Shown: positions 10,004 to 19,940 of the stretch, one piece after another | Position numbering within the stretch: the stretch's first letter is position 1 | Layout of the letters: each line of letters opens with the position of its first letter | Assembly (NCBI GenBank): GCA_965224715.1 | Contig: OZ245054.1 | Coordinates: forward strand, 906,411 to 970,410 | Source: Spirochaetota bacterium | GTDB lineage: Bacteria; Spirochaetota; UBA12135; COTS27; CAXSBA01 | Direction: 5' to 3' | Length of the DNA: 64,000 bases | The notes under the pieces: model-generated | The model's input: the letters and a program-made list of their open reading frames with translations, nothing else | Database searches by the model: none | What the model was told of the DNA's origin: nothing | Position numbers and translations under genes: made by a program

Positions 10004-10273
10004 TTAAATGACGAGCTTAGGACTAGCAGAAAAAACCAACTTTTTTCTTTCAGGAAGTTTTTTAATTTCCCCAGTAAAAGGTAGTTTCATTTCCCTAGCA
10101 GCTAAGGTTCGACATTTAAAAGTTCCAAAACCCCTGATCCGAATATCAGAGCCATTTTTAATTTGTTTATGAATTTCCTCAAAAGTTGTTTCAATAATGA
10201 TGCGAACTTTATCGAGTTTTTCTTCATAGGGTAAATTGGAATTTACTTCTTTAATAAATTCATTAAATTGCAT
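10004..10273 (-). CDS. HU/IHF-family nucleoid DNA-binding protein
   Basis: IRGFGTFKCRTLAAREMKLPFTGE fits the HU arm motif GFGxF...R.GRNP.TGE. Confidence 0.7.
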   Translation of the reverse strand: MQFNEFIKEVNSNLPYEEKLDKVRIIIETTFEEIHKQIKNGSDIRIRGFGTFKCRTLAAREMKLPFTGEIKKLPERKKLVFSASPKLVI

Positions 10274-10288
10274 GAATACCTCCTATGT

Positions 10289-10570
10289 TTAAGATTCAAT
10301 AGCATTTTTTTTAAATACCAATACTTTTTTCGTAATTTCAGATTTTTTGCGATTAACATTATTCTTCTTAATAACCCCTTTTTTGACAGCTTTATCAGCG
10401 TATTTATAAAAAAGACTTAATTCAGAATCAATTTTATCTATTTTATTTTCTTCGACCGACTTAACTATTTTTTTCAATTGGGTACGCATTCGAGAAAGGA
10501 CCGCTCGATTATCTACTGATTTTTTCAGCGACTTTCTTAAATTCTTTTTATTAGATTTAATGTTTGGCAA
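10289..10570 (-). CDS. rpsT: 30S ribosomal protein S20
   Basis: MPNIKSNKKNLRKSLKKSVDNRAVLSRMRTQLKK matches the S20 N-terminus (MANIKSAKKR...). Confidence 0.8.
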   Translation of the reverse strand: MPNIKSNKKNLRKSLKKSVDNRAVLSRMRTQLKKIVKSVEENKIDKIDSELSLFYKYADKAVKKGVIKKNNVNRKKSEITKKVLVFKKNAIES

Positions 10571-10731
10571 ATTAATTTCCTATAAGTGTTTTAATTTTAA
10601 CTTGTAAAAATAATTTTGTCAACTCTTTCAACAATTAAAAAGCAAATTAAAAATAAAACTATAAAAAGCGTAAATGTTATGGTATAATTTATATTATTTA
10701 TTTTAATTTTTCTTAAAGTTAAGCAATTATT

Positions 10732-11049
10732 ATGAAAGAAGAAAATATGGAAGTAAAAGATAAAGAAATTTACGGTCAAACAATCAAAGCTAGAGGAAGA
10801 AGATATTATTTTGATATTAAAGAAAACCGAAATGGTGATCGATATGTTACTATTTCGGAGACACAACCGAAAAATAATCAGTTTAAACGCATGAGAATTA
10901 TGGTTTTTGGTGAATATTTAGATGATTTTATTGTTGGATTACAAGATTTGAAAAGTAAAATTAATATTTCTGAAGAAGAGGGCACTAGATTGGTTGCAGA
11001 ATTAAAAAAATCTCAAACTCAGCAAGATGACCAAAAACTGACCAAATAA
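10732..11049 (+). CDS. DUF3276 / bacterial Pur-alpha-like nucleic-acid-binding protein
   Basis: YYFDIKENRNGDRYVTISE...RIMVFGEYLDDFIVGLQDL resembles PUR repeats. Homologues are common in spirochaetes. Confidence 0.45.
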   Translation: MKEENMEVKDKEIYGQTIKARGRRYYFDIKENRNGDRYVTISETQPKNNQFKRMRIMVFGEYLDDFIVGLQDLKSKINISEEEGTRLVAELKKSQTQQDDQKLTK

Positions 11050-11080
11050 CACCTAAAATTCAGATGATTTAATCATTTTC

Positions 11081-11153
11081 GGGCCACTAGCTCAGTTGGT
11101 AGAGCAACTCCCTTTTAAGGAGTAGGTCGATGGTTCGAATCCATCGTGGCTCA
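11081..11153 (+). tRNA. tRNA-Lys (anticodon TTT)
   Basis: Cloverleaf: acceptor gggccac/gtggctc, anticodon stem actcc/ggagt with loop cTTTTaa, T-loop ggttcgaatcc. Confidence 0.85.
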
Positions 11154-11157
11154 TTAT

Positions 11158-11229
11158 GTCTCCATCGTCTAGTGGTTAGGACACCAGGTTTTCATCCTGG
11201 CAACCGGGGTTCGATTCCCCGTGGAGATG
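11158..11229 (+). tRNA. tRNA-Glu (anticodon TTC)
   Basis: gtctccatcgtctagtggttaggacaccaggttTTCatcctgg...ggggttcgattcccc. G1-U72 wobble at the acceptor end. Confidence 0.75.
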
Positions 11230-11260
11230 CTTTTCCCCCTGATTTTTTTTCTCTTGTATT

Positions 11261-12271
11261 ATGAATTTATCTACATCTAAACAATTTCTAAGAGATATTC
11301 TTCCTCAAGTTAGTCGAACTTTTGCCCTAAATATTCGAGTTCTTAATGAAATAGATTATAACTTTATTGGTAGTACCTACCTTATTTGTCGGTTTATTGA
11401 CACAATTGAAGATTCTCCCATCTTAACCAATAACCAAAAAATAAATATATTACAAGAATTTGCTCGAATTTTTCAAGTAACATTCCAATCAAAAGATTTT
11501 TTAAAAATAATTGATCAATGTAAAAATATCTCCCACTATCCACCTGAAAATGAGTTAATGGAACGTTTTGATGAAGTTATTTTTCTTTTCAATTCTTTTC
11601 CCCAGATTTATCATGACATTTCCAAAGATATGATTATCGAAATGGCCTTGGGAATGGCTGAATTTACAGAAAAATACTCCAAACAAGATAGGAAAATTCT
11701 TAAAAACATGGAGGAGTTGGAAAAATATTGCTATTATGTAGCTGGAACTGTAGGAATAATCTTAACCCGTCTTTTTACTCTGAAAATAAATTCAAAAACT
11801 AAGAAAAAAATTCTTAATAAATTTACCAATGATTTTGGACTTTGCCTTCAAATGACTAATATTGTTAAAGATGTCAATGATGATAAAAAAAGAGGCTGGT
11901 CTTATGTTCCCCAAACTGTTTTAGAAGAAGCAGGGGTTACAGTTAAAGAATTTTATAACGGATTAAAACCACAGCAAATAAAATCAATTCAAGAGATTTT
12001 AATCAGAAAAATTGAAATTTATATTAAAAATTCATTAGTTTACTGTCAAAACATACCTATATATCTAGGAAAATATCGTTTATTTTGTCTTATACCTCTT
12101 TTTTTATCGATTAAAACTGTTTATTTCTTAAAGAATCGAAAGTCTAGTCAAATTCATATAAAAAAAATAAGTAAAAAAAATCTATTTTCTACTATTTGTA
12201 TAGTTTATTTAATATTCCCATTCAACATTTTAATTAAAATTTACTTTTTTTTAATAAAAAAAACTAATTAA
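11261..12271 (+). CDS. Squalene synthase (farnesyl-diphosphate farnesyltransferase, eukaryotic/FDFT1-like class)
   Basis: VSRTFALNIRVL...YLICRFIDTIEDS (cf. SRSFAAVI...YLVLRALDTLEDD), YCYYVAGTVGIILTRLF, LQMTNIVKDVNDDKKRGWSYVPQ. Confidence 0.75.
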   Translation: MNLSTSKQFLRDILPQVSRTFALNIRVLNEIDYNFIGSTYLICRFIDTIEDSPILTNNQKINILQEFARIFQVTFQSKDFLKIIDQCKNISHYPPENELMERFDEVIFLFNSFPQIYHDISKDMIIEMALGMAEFTEKYSKQDRKILKNMEELEKYCYYVAGTVGIILTRLFTLKINSKTKKKILNKFTNDFGLCLQMTNIVKDVNDDKKRGWSYVPQTVLEEAGVTVKEFYNGLKPQQIKSIQEILIRKIEIYIKNSLVYCQNIPIYLGKYRLFCLIPLFLSIKTVYFLKNRKSSQIHIKKISKKNLFSTICIVYLIFPFNILIKIYFFLIKKTN

Positions 12272-12419
12272 TAAATGAATTTTTATTAAAAAAAAGTAAA
12301 TTTTATGTTAAAATATTAAACTTATATTTATAACTATATGTTGAAATCAATAATATTGGGATAATATTGACACAGTAAATTTTATTTTAAACTAATTAAG
12401 CATAATAATTGGAAATATC

Positions 12420-14129
12420 ATGGCAACTGGTGGAGAAATTCTCATCAAATGTTTGGAAAAGGAGGGTGTTGAATATATCTTCGGTTATTCTGGCGGAGCA
12501 GCAATGCCGATTTTCGATGCCATCTATGATTCTTCTAAAATAAAACTAATCTTAACCCGGCATGAACAGGGGGCTACTCATATGGCTGATGGTTATGCGC
12601 GGGCTACAGGAAAGCCAGGTGTTGTTCTTGTGACTTCTGGACCAGGGGCGACAAATACTATTACTGGTATCATTACCGCCCAAATGGATTCGGTACCTAT
12701 CATTATTCTTACGGGTCAACAAATCACTTCTATGTTGGGTAAAGATGCGTTTCAAGAGACTGATATTTTTGGAGCTACCATCCCAATTGTCAAACATAGT
12801 TATTTAGTGAAAGACAGACAGATTATTCCCAGAGTCATTATTGAAGCCTTTAAGATTTCCACTACTGGGCGACCTGGACCAGTTCTCGTTGACTTGCCTA
12901 AGGATATTACCGCTGGAGAATTTGATGAGAGTCATTATACAGATGAGATAGATTTGCCGGGATATAGTCTTAAAGACCTGGAAGTTCCCATTGAGGATGT
13001 GAGAGAAATGGCTAACCTTATCAACCAAAGTCGAAAACCTTTAATCTTGGTTGGTCATGGAGCCCTTATCTCTGGAGCTTCTAGAGAAGTAAAAGAATTA
13101 GCAGAAAAAATTAAAGCCCCTGTAACCACAACCCTTTTGGGGAAGGGGGCTTTTCCAGAAACGCATTCCCTTTCAGTCGGGATGCTGGGAATGCATGGGA
13201 CTGCTTATGCAAACAAATGTTTATTAGAATGTGACCTTGTGATCAATATCGGTTCTCGCTTTGATGACCGGATCTGTGGTGACAGTAATCAATTTTGTCC
13301 TCAATCTAAAATCATCCATATCGATATCGATCAGGCTGAAATTAGTAAAATTATTCAACCTGATTTTTATATTGTCGGAGATGCTAAAAAAGTGATCCGT
13401 GAACTTAATAAATTTATTAAGCCCATCAATACCCAAACTTGGCTTTATTCTATAAATCGTAATAAGAAAAAATTTCCTCTTACCTACAAAAAGAAAGGAG
13501 GTCTCCGAGCTCAACATGTGATCAAAATCCTTTATGAAGTGACCAAAGGTAAAGCAATTATCAGTACCGATGTGGGGCAGCATCAGATGTGGGCAGCTCA
13601 GTTTTATAAGATAGATGAACCGGATAAATGGCTTTCATCTGGGGGTGCTGGAACAATGGGATTTGGGTTTCCGGCTGCTGTTGGAGCTCAGCTTGGAAGA
13701 CCGGGGGAATTGGTAGTGGCTATTGTAGGGGATGGAGGTTTTCAAATGACTTCTTATGAACTTTCAACTATTTTGAACCATAAGATTCCCGTAAAAATTT
13801 TAGTAATCGATAACAAATTTCTTGGTATGGTCCGCCAGTGGCAGGAGTTGTTTTATGATCTACGTTACTCTGGAGTTGATCTTGAGGGTAACCCTGACTT
13901 TGTAAAATTAGGTAAGGCCTATAACATTAAGTCCTACCGCTTAAAGAAATCATCTCAAGCCAAAAAAATATTACAGGAAGCTATAAACTATGATGGTCCT
14001 TGTCTTATTCATGCAGAAGTGATCAAAGAAGATAATGTTTTTCCAATGATTCCTTCGGGGCAATCTGCTGATAAGATGATCATCGCCCCGCCCACCAAAA
14101 AATTGGATAAGCCTGTGGGAAGTACTTAG
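12420..14129 (+). CDS. ilvB: Acetolactate synthase large subunit
   Basis: TPP enzyme: GVEYIFGYSGGAAMPIFDA...HEQGATHMADGYARATGKPGVVLVTSGPGATN...GDGGFQMTSYELST. Confidence 0.85.
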   Translation: MATGGEILIKCLEKEGVEYIFGYSGGAAMPIFDAIYDSSKIKLILTRHEQGATHMADGYARATGKPGVVLVTSGPGATNTITGIITAQMDSVPIIILTGQQITSMLGKDAFQETDIFGATIPIVKHSYLVKDRQIIPRVIIEAFKISTTGRPGPVLVDLPKDITAGEFDESHYTDEIDLPGYSLKDLEVPIEDVREMANLINQSRKPLILVGHGALISGASREVKELAEKIKAPVTTTLLGKGAFPETHSLSVGMLGMHGTAYANKCLLECDLVINIGSRFDDRICGDSNQFCPQSKIIHIDIDQAEISKIIQPDFYIVGDAKKVIRELNKFIKPINTQTWLYSINRNKKKFPLTYKKKGGLRAQHVIKILYEVTKGKAIISTDVGQHQMWAAQFYKIDEPDKWLSSGGAGTMGFGFPAAVGAQLGRPGELVVAIVGDGGFQMTSYELSTILNHKIPVKILVIDNKFLGMVRQWQELFYDLRYSGVDLEGNPDFVKLGKAYNIKSYRLKKSSQAKKILQEAINYDGPCLIHAEVIKEDNVFPMIPSGQSADKMIIAPPTKKLDKPVGST

Positions 14130-14138
14130 TAATAAAGT

Positions 14139-14663
14139 GTGACTATGATAAATAATCAGAAACTCCATACCATCTCTATCAAAGTCCAAAATCAACCAGG
14201 AGTACTGGGACGAGTGGCTCTCGTTTTTGCCCGTAGAGGCTTCAATATCGAATCCCTAGTAGTTTCTGCTTCCTATAAAAATCCAAAATTTTCTACAATG
14301 ACAGTTACAGCTTTAGGTGAAGAAAAAGAATTGGAGCAGATTATTAAACAGGTTAAGAAGTTGATTAATGTTATCAGTGCTACCGATTATATCCAAGATA
14401 ATAAATCAGAGAGCAAGATTATTGAAAAGGAATTAGCTTTGATTAAGGTAATATTTAGGAATGAAGAACTTACCCCAATTCTTCAAATTGTAGATCATTT
14501 TAAAGCTAAAACTCAAGATATGTTGGAAGGTTCCCTTATCGTACAAATCACTGGGAGTACAGAAAAAATAAATGCTTGCATCGGGATGCTGAAACAGTTT
14601 CACTTAGTGGAAGTGGTTCGCTCCGGCAAACTATTGATTCGCCGAGGCAAGGAAATTACTTAA
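14139..14663 (+). CDS. ilvN: Acetolactate synthase small (regulatory) subunit
   Basis: ACT domain HTISIKVQNQPGVLGRVALVFARRGFNIESLVV immediately downstream of ilvB. Confidence 0.8.
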   Translation: MTMINNQKLHTISIKVQNQPGVLGRVALVFARRGFNIESLVVSASYKNPKFSTMTVTALGEEKELEQIIKQVKKLINVISATDYIQDNKSESKIIEKELALIKVIFRNEELTPILQIVDHFKAKTQDMLEGSLIVQITGSTEKINACIGMLKQFHLVEVVRSGKLLIRRGKEIT

Positions 14664-14679
14664 ATTTATCCAGTCTTTG

Positions 14680-15150
14680 TCAATCAGTTGATGATCGTTT
14701 AGAGTCTAAATTTTTGCTATCCAGCCAGATTGTTACCGGACCCGCTAATAAGAGTTTGATCTCCATATCCTCGCCGAATTTACCCTCAGCAACTTTTCCT
14801 GAATAATTTTGTTTAAGTTCTTTCACTAATTTATTGATTAAAGATCTAGCCAATTCTCTTGAGGCACTTTTGTCGAATGAGGGTTTCGTTCCTTTTCTGA
14901 CATCGGCATGGAGGGTGAATTGACTCACCACCAAAATCTCCCCATTTATATTAACCACACTTTGGCTCATCTTTCCTCCTTGAGAGAAAATTCTTAAGTT
15001 CAAGACTTTTTGAGCTATCCACCGTACATCGGAGAATGTATCATCCTTCCCTACTGAAACTAATATAGTAAGTCCTCTTTCAATTTGTGATACCTTCTCA
15101 CCATCGACACTGAGGGAAGACCGGTTCACCCTTTGAACTACGGCTCTCAT
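14680..15150 (-). CDS. dtd: D-aminoacyl-tRNA deacylase
   Basis: MRAVVQRVNRSSLSVDGEKV...GLTILVSVGKDD...VVSQFTLHAD..KGTKPSF...GPVTIWLDS. Confidence 0.85.
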   Translation of the reverse strand: MRAVVQRVNRSSLSVDGEKVSQIERGLTILVSVGKDDTFSDVRWIAQKVLNLRIFSQGGKMSQSVVNINGEILVVSQFTLHADVRKGTKPSFDKSASRELARSLINKLVKELKQNYSGKVAEGKFGEDMEIKLLLAGPVTIWLDSKNLDSKRSSTD

Positions 15151-15163
15151 ATTTTTTGTAGAA

Positions 15164-18100
15164 CTATTCTTTTTTAAGAAAAAATTCTACTCGTCGATTT
15201 TTTCGATAATTATCTTCAATCATCTTTTCTCGAATCTTCCCGGTAATTTGAGGATCTACTTCTTTCTCTTTAAGGATAAGAAGCTCTTGTTTTCCTTTAC
15301 CTTCACTGGTTAGTCGATCTTTGTCTAAACCACCTTGATTCTGAAGATAGTTCAAAACTCGTAAAGCTCGTTTGATCGAAAGAGAATTATTGTATGCATC
15401 AGAACCTCGAGAGTCAGTATGTCCCACCACATTAATATGATAATCTGGAAATTTCCTAAGCATACGGATTAAAAGATTTAGGACTTTTTCATAGTTTCCT
15501 AACATTTTGTCTGAATTATATTGAAAATTGATACTGTTGAGGATAATTCGCAATCGACCATCAGAAAGTTTTTCTACAAGGATATCCACTAAAAATGAAT
15601 GTTCAACTGTAACCGGCAACCCTACCTTATCTCTACCTCTCACAAATAGAACATAATCTGTAGCAGATTCTACTGAATCACCCAAATCCCCTTTTCCATT
15701 CCAACTAAATTGCTTATCAAATTTCTTTGAGTTAAAATTCCATGACCAGGTTTTTAATGGAATTTGTTTTTGGTTGTGATAAAGATAGCTCTCTTCTGGA
15801 CTCATCTTTTTTGGAGTCTCCTCCTTACGAAAAATTGCAGCTCCTACATTCTTAATTCCATAATTATCATTAACAATAATTCTAACACTGAGTTTATCAT
15901 TAATATTATCTCCATCGGGTGAGAAAAAGAGAGGTTGCGTATTGACTGTAGCCGTTGGATATTCATTATCGATATAAATTTTCTTGACCGGTGACTGAGG
16001 TCGATTTCCAGATTTATACTCTGCAATAGCTTGGAGATAATAAAAACCACCTTGAAGTTCTATTCCATTTACTGTGTTTTTTTTTTGTTTTAATAAATTC
16101 CATTTTACAGAATTTATATTGTTCTTTCTGGCAAAAGCTGATTTTTTTTCATTGCTTAGAAAGAAACTATAAGATATACCCTGTATGCCCTCAGTAGAAG
16201 AAATTTCAGGGGTAATGATGAGTTCATGAGGGCTACCTTCAGGAAGTGAAGTAAGCAAATCAGGCATGACTTTCAAGTTTAATTCTTCAAATTTACGTAC
16301 TAGTCTAAATAGACGACTCTTATATGTTTTCTCATTAAAAGCATGATCAATAGTATCGATCCGTAATCGATAAATCCCTTCTGGGCTATCTTCTTCCACT
16401 TGATCTTTTCCCGTCCATAAAAGTTCACTTGGAAAATCTCCCTTCCATTCTTTTCGACGATAGATAACCTCCTTCCCTTCTTCCACTTTGAAGATGTATA
16501 CGGTAAACTGATCTGATTCAGGCCTCAGTACACTAGGTATGTGACGATTGTTGAAAATGATTTGATCTTTATTTCCATCATCATTAGGAGAGAAAGCTGT
16601 TTCGTGAGACATTATCTCCAATTCTACTGGGGTAGTATCTAAATAAAGTTTTTCAGCGGTTGATAAAATATCTTCTTGGGTTTGAAATTTGGCTGTAAAT
16701 GTGAAGAAATAAACTCCATCGGGAAGGGGTCCGGATTCAGAGCCATCACGATTAAACTGAGGATCGACAAGCCCATCCCAAACCAAAGTTTCTGGTAATT
16801 TGGTGAAGTAAAATTCCTTGACCGTTTCTTGACTTTCGTTATAGATAAGAAGTTTTCCTTCTGTAAGGATATTCCGATATCTATTGTTGATGTTGAAGCT
16901 AAAGCTGATTGTGTCGAGTTTGCCATCTCCATTGGGAGATATGGAAGTGTTGTCAGTTATCACTTCAACATTCAAATTCTCATCAATCACCTCAAAAGGA
17001 TCACTCACAACAGAGTTTATATTCTCTACTTCATCTTTTGCTTTAAACACATAGACGTATTTTCCAGGAGATATCTCACCTTTCTCGTTTTTTCCATCCC
17101 AAAGGAAATCTTTGGGGGGATGGTTATTGAGATAACTTCTTTTCAAAATTGAGTCCCCATTCTGCTTTAAAATTGATATTTGATAGGAATTAGTTTCCGA
17201 TAAATCGTAGATATGCATAGCCAACAGGTTTTTATATCCGGACCCGATGGCATTTGGATTAAGGATTTTATTTCGTAGTTTTACTCCAACGGTAGGTGCT
17301 TCAGTATCTATTTTGAAAGTAACAGGGGGGGAATTTGGTTGGTTACCAGAGCGAAACCAAGTTCGGAGTTGGGAAGTATAAATACCATCAAATAATTGTT
17401 GTCCATCATCAGACTTCCCTTCATAGAAAATAGCTTTGGCAAAAGGTGAATTTCCAAAAGTTTTTACGATTCTCCCTGACTCATTTTTTATTTCCAAATT
17501 CCATTTCTCCATTCCTTCTGTTGATGAGAGATAGGTTTCAAAAGTGATATTATCAAAGAAGCCATCTTGATTGGGAGAGAAAACTGGTTGAGAGACTTCC
17601 AAATTTATTTCCTCAAATTCACGAACCAAATAAACTTTTTTTTTTTCGCTTTTATAACTATTCCCTGCCAAATCCCGTGACTCCAGGGCGATATGATAGG
17701 TTCCAGTTGGAGCTTTTTCCCCATTATCGGTGATACCATCCCAAGAGATTGAGGTATTAGGTTCACTGGAAACAAAAGTTTTTGTAACTTTACCTTCTGA
17801 ATTGGATAGAGTCAAATACCAACTATCTTGAGAGTTAAAATTTTTGGAATTGATGGCAATTTGTAATTCATCTTTTCGTCCATCCCCATTGGGTGAGAAA
17901 ATGTCTGTATCTAAAATAAACTCAGATTTAGGTGAAATAATATCAACCACGATTGGGATCAGGGGACTTTTATTCTTGTTCCCCCAGCTATCCACCGCAG
18001 TAATGGTGAAATAATAGATACCATCTTCAACTAATTCCCCGTTGTCATTTCTCCCTTCCCACAGGTAGGAATTGGGAGCTTTTAGGGGAGTATCTTTAGC

Positions 18101-18400
18101 TACCAAACGAGAAAAAAATTTAGTGAAACTAAGTTGTTCTTCTTTAGGGTTTATCGATTCGTGAGTCATTACCTGTAAAAAGCGATTCCCTTCTTTACGT
18201 ATGATGGTAAGTGACCATTTTTGAAGATTATCCTCCTTAATAATAAAAGGAATTTCTATAAAGTCTTTAACGCCATCTAAATTTGGAGAGAAATAACGGT
18301 TTGCATTGGTGAACTGCCCGTAACCTTTATGGACAGTCAACACAACTCCAAACATAATGACCGAAAGAAGTGATATTATATTCTTGATCAGATCGAACAT
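15164..18400 (-). CDS. Large (1078 aa) secreted OmpA-family protein with ~6 FlgD-Ig-like repeats
   Basis: Signal peptide. Recurrent 'FSPNGDGxxD' segments (FSPNGDGVKD, FSPNGDGRKD, FSPNQDGFFD, ISPNGDGKLD, FSPNDDGNKD, FFSPDGDNIND). C-terminal OmpA motif VVGHTDSRGSDAYNNSLSIKRA...NRRVEFFL. Confidence 0.65.
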   Translation of the reverse strand: MFDLIKNIISLLSVIMFGVVLTVHKGYGQFTNANRYFSPNLDGVKDFIEIPFIIKEDNLQKWSLTIIRKEGNRFLQVMTHESINPKEEQLSFTKFFSRLVAKDTPLKAPNSYLWEGRNDNGELVEDGIYYFTITAVDSWGNKNKSPLIPIVVDIISPKSEFILDTDIFSPNGDGRKDELQIAINSKNFNSQDSWYLTLSNSEGKVTKTFVSSEPNTSISWDGITDNGEKAPTGTYHIALESRDLAGNSYKSEKKKVYLVREFEEINLEVSQPVFSPNQDGFFDNITFETYLSSTEGMEKWNLEIKNESGRIVKTFGNSPFAKAIFYEGKSDDGQQLFDGIYTSQLRTWFRSGNQPNSPPVTFKIDTEAPTVGVKLRNKILNPNAIGSGYKNLLAMHIYDLSETNSYQISILKQNGDSILKRSYLNNHPPKDFLWDGKNEKGEISPGKYVYVFKAKDEVENINSVVSDPFEVIDENLNVEVITDNTSISPNGDGKLDTISFSFNINNRYRNILTEGKLLIYNESQETVKEFYFTKLPETLVWDGLVDPQFNRDGSESGPLPDGVYFFTFTAKFQTQEDILSTAEKLYLDTTPVELEIMSHETAFSPNDDGNKDQIIFNNRHIPSVLRPESDQFTVYIFKVEEGKEVIYRRKEWKGDFPSELLWTGKDQVEEDSPEGIYRLRIDTIDHAFNEKTYKSRLFRLVRKFEELNLKVMPDLLTSLPEGSPHELIITPEISSTEGIQGISYSFFLSNEKKSAFARKNNINSVKWNLLKQKKNTVNGIELQGGFYYLQAIAEYKSGNRPQSPVKKIYIDNEYPTATVNTQPLFFSPDGDNINDKLSVRIIVNDNYGIKNVGAAIFRKEETPKKMSPEESYLYHNQKQIPLKTWSWNFNSKKFDKQFSWNGKGDLGDSVESATDYVLFVRGRDKVGLPVTVEHSFLVDILVEKLSDGRLRIILNSINFQYNSDKMLGNYEKVLNLLIRMLRKFPDYHINVVGHTDSRGSDAYNNSLSIKRALRVLNYLQNQGGLDKDRLTSEGKGKQELLILKEKEVDPQITGKIREKMIEDNYRKNRRVEFFLKKE

Positions 18401-18410
18401 GTTTTTTTAC

Positions 18411-19499
18411 TTATTCGATCTCAACATCATTGAGAGTTCCCTCATCTTCAAAAGGTGAGGATATTTCTGGTTTGAGATTATCCACTTTTCCAAAACTAAT
18501 ATTGAATCCGAGAGTATGATAAAATTCAATAGAATCTCTTCGATTTAAGCCAAATGCATAACCGAGTTCTAGTTTTATGTCATCAAACATAAAAACAGTA
18601 CCTAGCCCACCACTGAGTGGAAATGGATTGTTCAATGCCGGATCTCTAAAGTGACCAAACATTAATGATAACTCTTTAAATTTACCATTGAATAAGAATA
18701 TGTTTTTAAGTCCAACCGTATAACCAAAGTCTAATGGATAGGTCAAGCCGATGTCATGATTTAACCGAACTTTCCAAGTCCCTTTATTTTTAGGGAAGTC
18801 TGCTTGAATAAAAGTAAAACCTGCCCCCAATTTAAACATATCAGCAGTTTTGGCATAATAGGTTTTATTTCCAAACTTTATATAAGGAAGCAGACCTAAT
18901 TGATCAATTTGAATACTGGCGATAAATTCTCTTAAAGTGAATATTGATTTTTGATAATCCCAATCTGGACTAAATGACGACGACAAACTAATATTAATTC
19001 CCCAAGACTGAATATCATTGTTTGGTACTGAAGTACTAGATTTATAATAGTCAAATAATATCATTGTGCCTATAGAAATTAATCGACTGATCTCTTTAGA
19101 AAAAACCGGTCCAAGAGCGAAAAAAAAGTCATCTGAATCATGATCGATAAAGTTACCGACATAACCTCCGAAAGTTCCATATTCAGTAGGATGAAGATAT
19201 CCGAGATTTACATAATTAATCGACTCCGTGCCATAGCCGATATTTGCTACTATCATTTGTTGAAGAATGGTGGAAGACAGAGCCGGGTTCACAGCAAAGT
19301 TACCTCCTTTCATTTCTAAACCTGAAGATGACCCACCTAAGGCAAAAGATTCTAGACTTCGTCCCATATTGAGCATATCTGAGCCTGGCACTATATTGTT
19401 TGCCAGTACTGGCTTCCATAGCCCCAATATTAGAGGAATAACGATCGTAAAAATAATTAAAATAAATTTTTGAATATTTTGAAAAAAACAGACAGTCAT
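18411..19499 (-). CDS. Hypothetical secreted/outer-membrane protein, co-directional and 10 bp from the large OmpA gene
   Basis: N-terminal signal-like hydrophobic region. The Gly/Tyr/Phe-rich alternating pattern and C-terminal aromatic residue (..VEIE) suggest a beta-barrel. Confidence 0.35.
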   Translation of the reverse strand: MTVCFFQNIQKFILIIFTIVIPLILGLWKPVLANNIVPGSDMLNMGRSLESFALGGSSSGLEMKGGNFAVNPALSSTILQQMIVANIGYGTESINYVNLGYLHPTEYGTFGGYVGNFIDHDSDDFFFALGPVFSKEISRLISIGTMILFDYYKSSTSVPNNDIQSWGINISLSSSFSPDWDYQKSIFTLREFIASIQIDQLGLLPYIKFGNKTYYAKTADMFKLGAGFTFIQADFPKNKGTWKVRLNHDIGLTYPLDFGYTVGLKNIFLFNGKFKELSLMFGHFRDPALNNPFPLSGGLGTVFMFDDIKLELGYAFGLNRRDSIEFYHTLGFNISFGKVDNLKPEISSPFEDEGTLNDVEIE

Positions 19500-19940
19500 C
19501 TTACCTCCAAATATAATTACATGGTAATTATATCATACTCATTTTTTTTGTAACAAAATCTTGTAAAAATTTATTACTTTATACAGATTTAACGATTATT
19601 CTGGACAGATATCATTTTATTAAAATTTATAAGCAAAATATCCATAGTTTGAGTAATAAAAGTTATAAAAACATTTCGTTTTCTTTACTCAAAAAAAAGA
19701 TAAAAACATGATAAAATTATTCTCGGTGAATTCTGAATTATTTTACTTTTTTACTTTTATGAATTTTGCTTTAATAAATTTGTTCAGTTTTTGTTTGAAT
19801 TAAAGGTTTAAATTATAAATTCAATTATGGTATAATTAATAATTACTGAGAATATTATTTATAATAGTTATTGTAAATTTTTATTAATAGATACCCTTCA
19901 AATTAAAAGTAAGGTTGTTTTAATAAAAATGAGGTAATGA

